DNA of 64,000 bases from Dictyostelium discoideum (lineage: Eukaryota). Under the pieces are notes generated by a model. That model ran no database searches and was not told the origin of the DNA. It was given only the letters and a program-made list of their open reading frames with translations. Numbering within the stretch: the stretch's first letter is position 1; each line of letters opens with the position of its first letter. Shown piece by piece: positions 63,630-64,000 of this stretch. Location of the stretch: positions 416,001 through 480,000 of the forward strand of contig CM000154.2 in NCBI GenBank assembly GCA_000004695.1, read 5' to 3'. Position numbers and translations under genes: made by a program.

Positions 63630-64000
63630 ATGGCAAGCACAAGTAATAGAAATTTCTTTTCATCAAATATGACCCAAATACCAATGGATGAAAAGATTAG
63701 AATCGCATTACAATTTAATAATCTTTCTCAAAGTACCAAACAAACATTAACCAAAGTATATTGTGCATTGGCAATTGGAATTTTAACAGCAACAGTTGGT
63801 GTTCTCTTTTCAATGTTCATTTATAGACCAGGCTTTTTAATGACTTTACTTTTAGTTATTGGGAGTGCCATTCTATTTGCAACAACACCAAGAACTCAAG
63901 ATTATAAAACTCAAGTTAAAAGATTCACTCTTTTCAATTTAGTAACTTTTGTTACTGGTATGTCATCAAGTGGTTTAATTGAATTGTATATGGATATTAA
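63630..64000 (+). CDS. Bax inhibitor-1 (TMBIM6) family protein, 5' part; continues past the window end
   Basis: MASTSNRNFFSSNMTQIPMDEKIRIALQFNNLSQSTKQTLTKVYCALAIGILTATVGVLFSM... aligns with human BI-1 [41 protein letters not shown]. Confidence 0.7.
   Translation, partial: MASTSNRNFFSSNMTQIPMDEKIRIALQFNNLSQSTKQTLTKVYCALAIGILTATVGVLFSMFIYRPGFLMTLLLVIGSAILFATTPRTQDYKTQVKRFTLFNLVTFVTGMSSSGLIELYMDI

Overview
This 64 kb window is eukaryotic nuclear DNA with all the hallmarks of a Dictyostelium discoideum-type genome. It is about 75-80% A+T, full of (AAT)n/(CAA)n microsatellites and long homopolymer A/T runs, and its genes have short AT-rich GT-AG introns and poly-Asn/Gln/Thr tracts. There are no prokaryotic features such as CRISPR arrays or operons. 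The window is gene dense: about 35 protein-coding genes, many spliced, and one tRNA. Genes with recognisable products are a GH38 alpha-mannosidase (5' part), PNO1/Dim2, a stomatin-like SPFH protein, an Old-Yellow-Enzyme flavin oxidoreductase, the C-terminal B12-binding half of methylmalonyl-CoA mutase, a UBIAD1/MenA prenyltransferase, tRNA-Leu(AAG) with an external B box, THOC6, a trehalose-6-phosphate synthase/phosphatase, two tandem GH20 beta-hexosaminidases, an EF-hand protein, ribosomal protein L28e, an IPT/TIG surface protein, a PLD3-like phospholipase D, PCNA, an HSL-family esterase, SPT5, a TPR protein and the start of Bax inhibitor-1. The rest are lineage-specific low-complexity or secreted proteins. 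The most interesting points are: (1) a SWEET transporter with a C-terminal B-box zinc finger and charged coiled-coil tail; (2) a 1.5 kb segment bounded by perfect 54-bp inverted repeats, next to a triple alternating palindrome; (3) a methylmalonyl-CoA mutase gene that seems to lack its catalytic N-terminal two thirds; (4) a frameshifted Asn/Thr-rich ORF with GC-rich codons; (5) repeat architecture around the tRNA gene; (6) two paralogous giant low-complexity proteins sharing an N-terminal motif, one with about 50 Gly-Asp repeats. All coordinates were counted by hand and exon boundaries may be off by 1-2 nt; the window also contains a 100-nt assembly gap.
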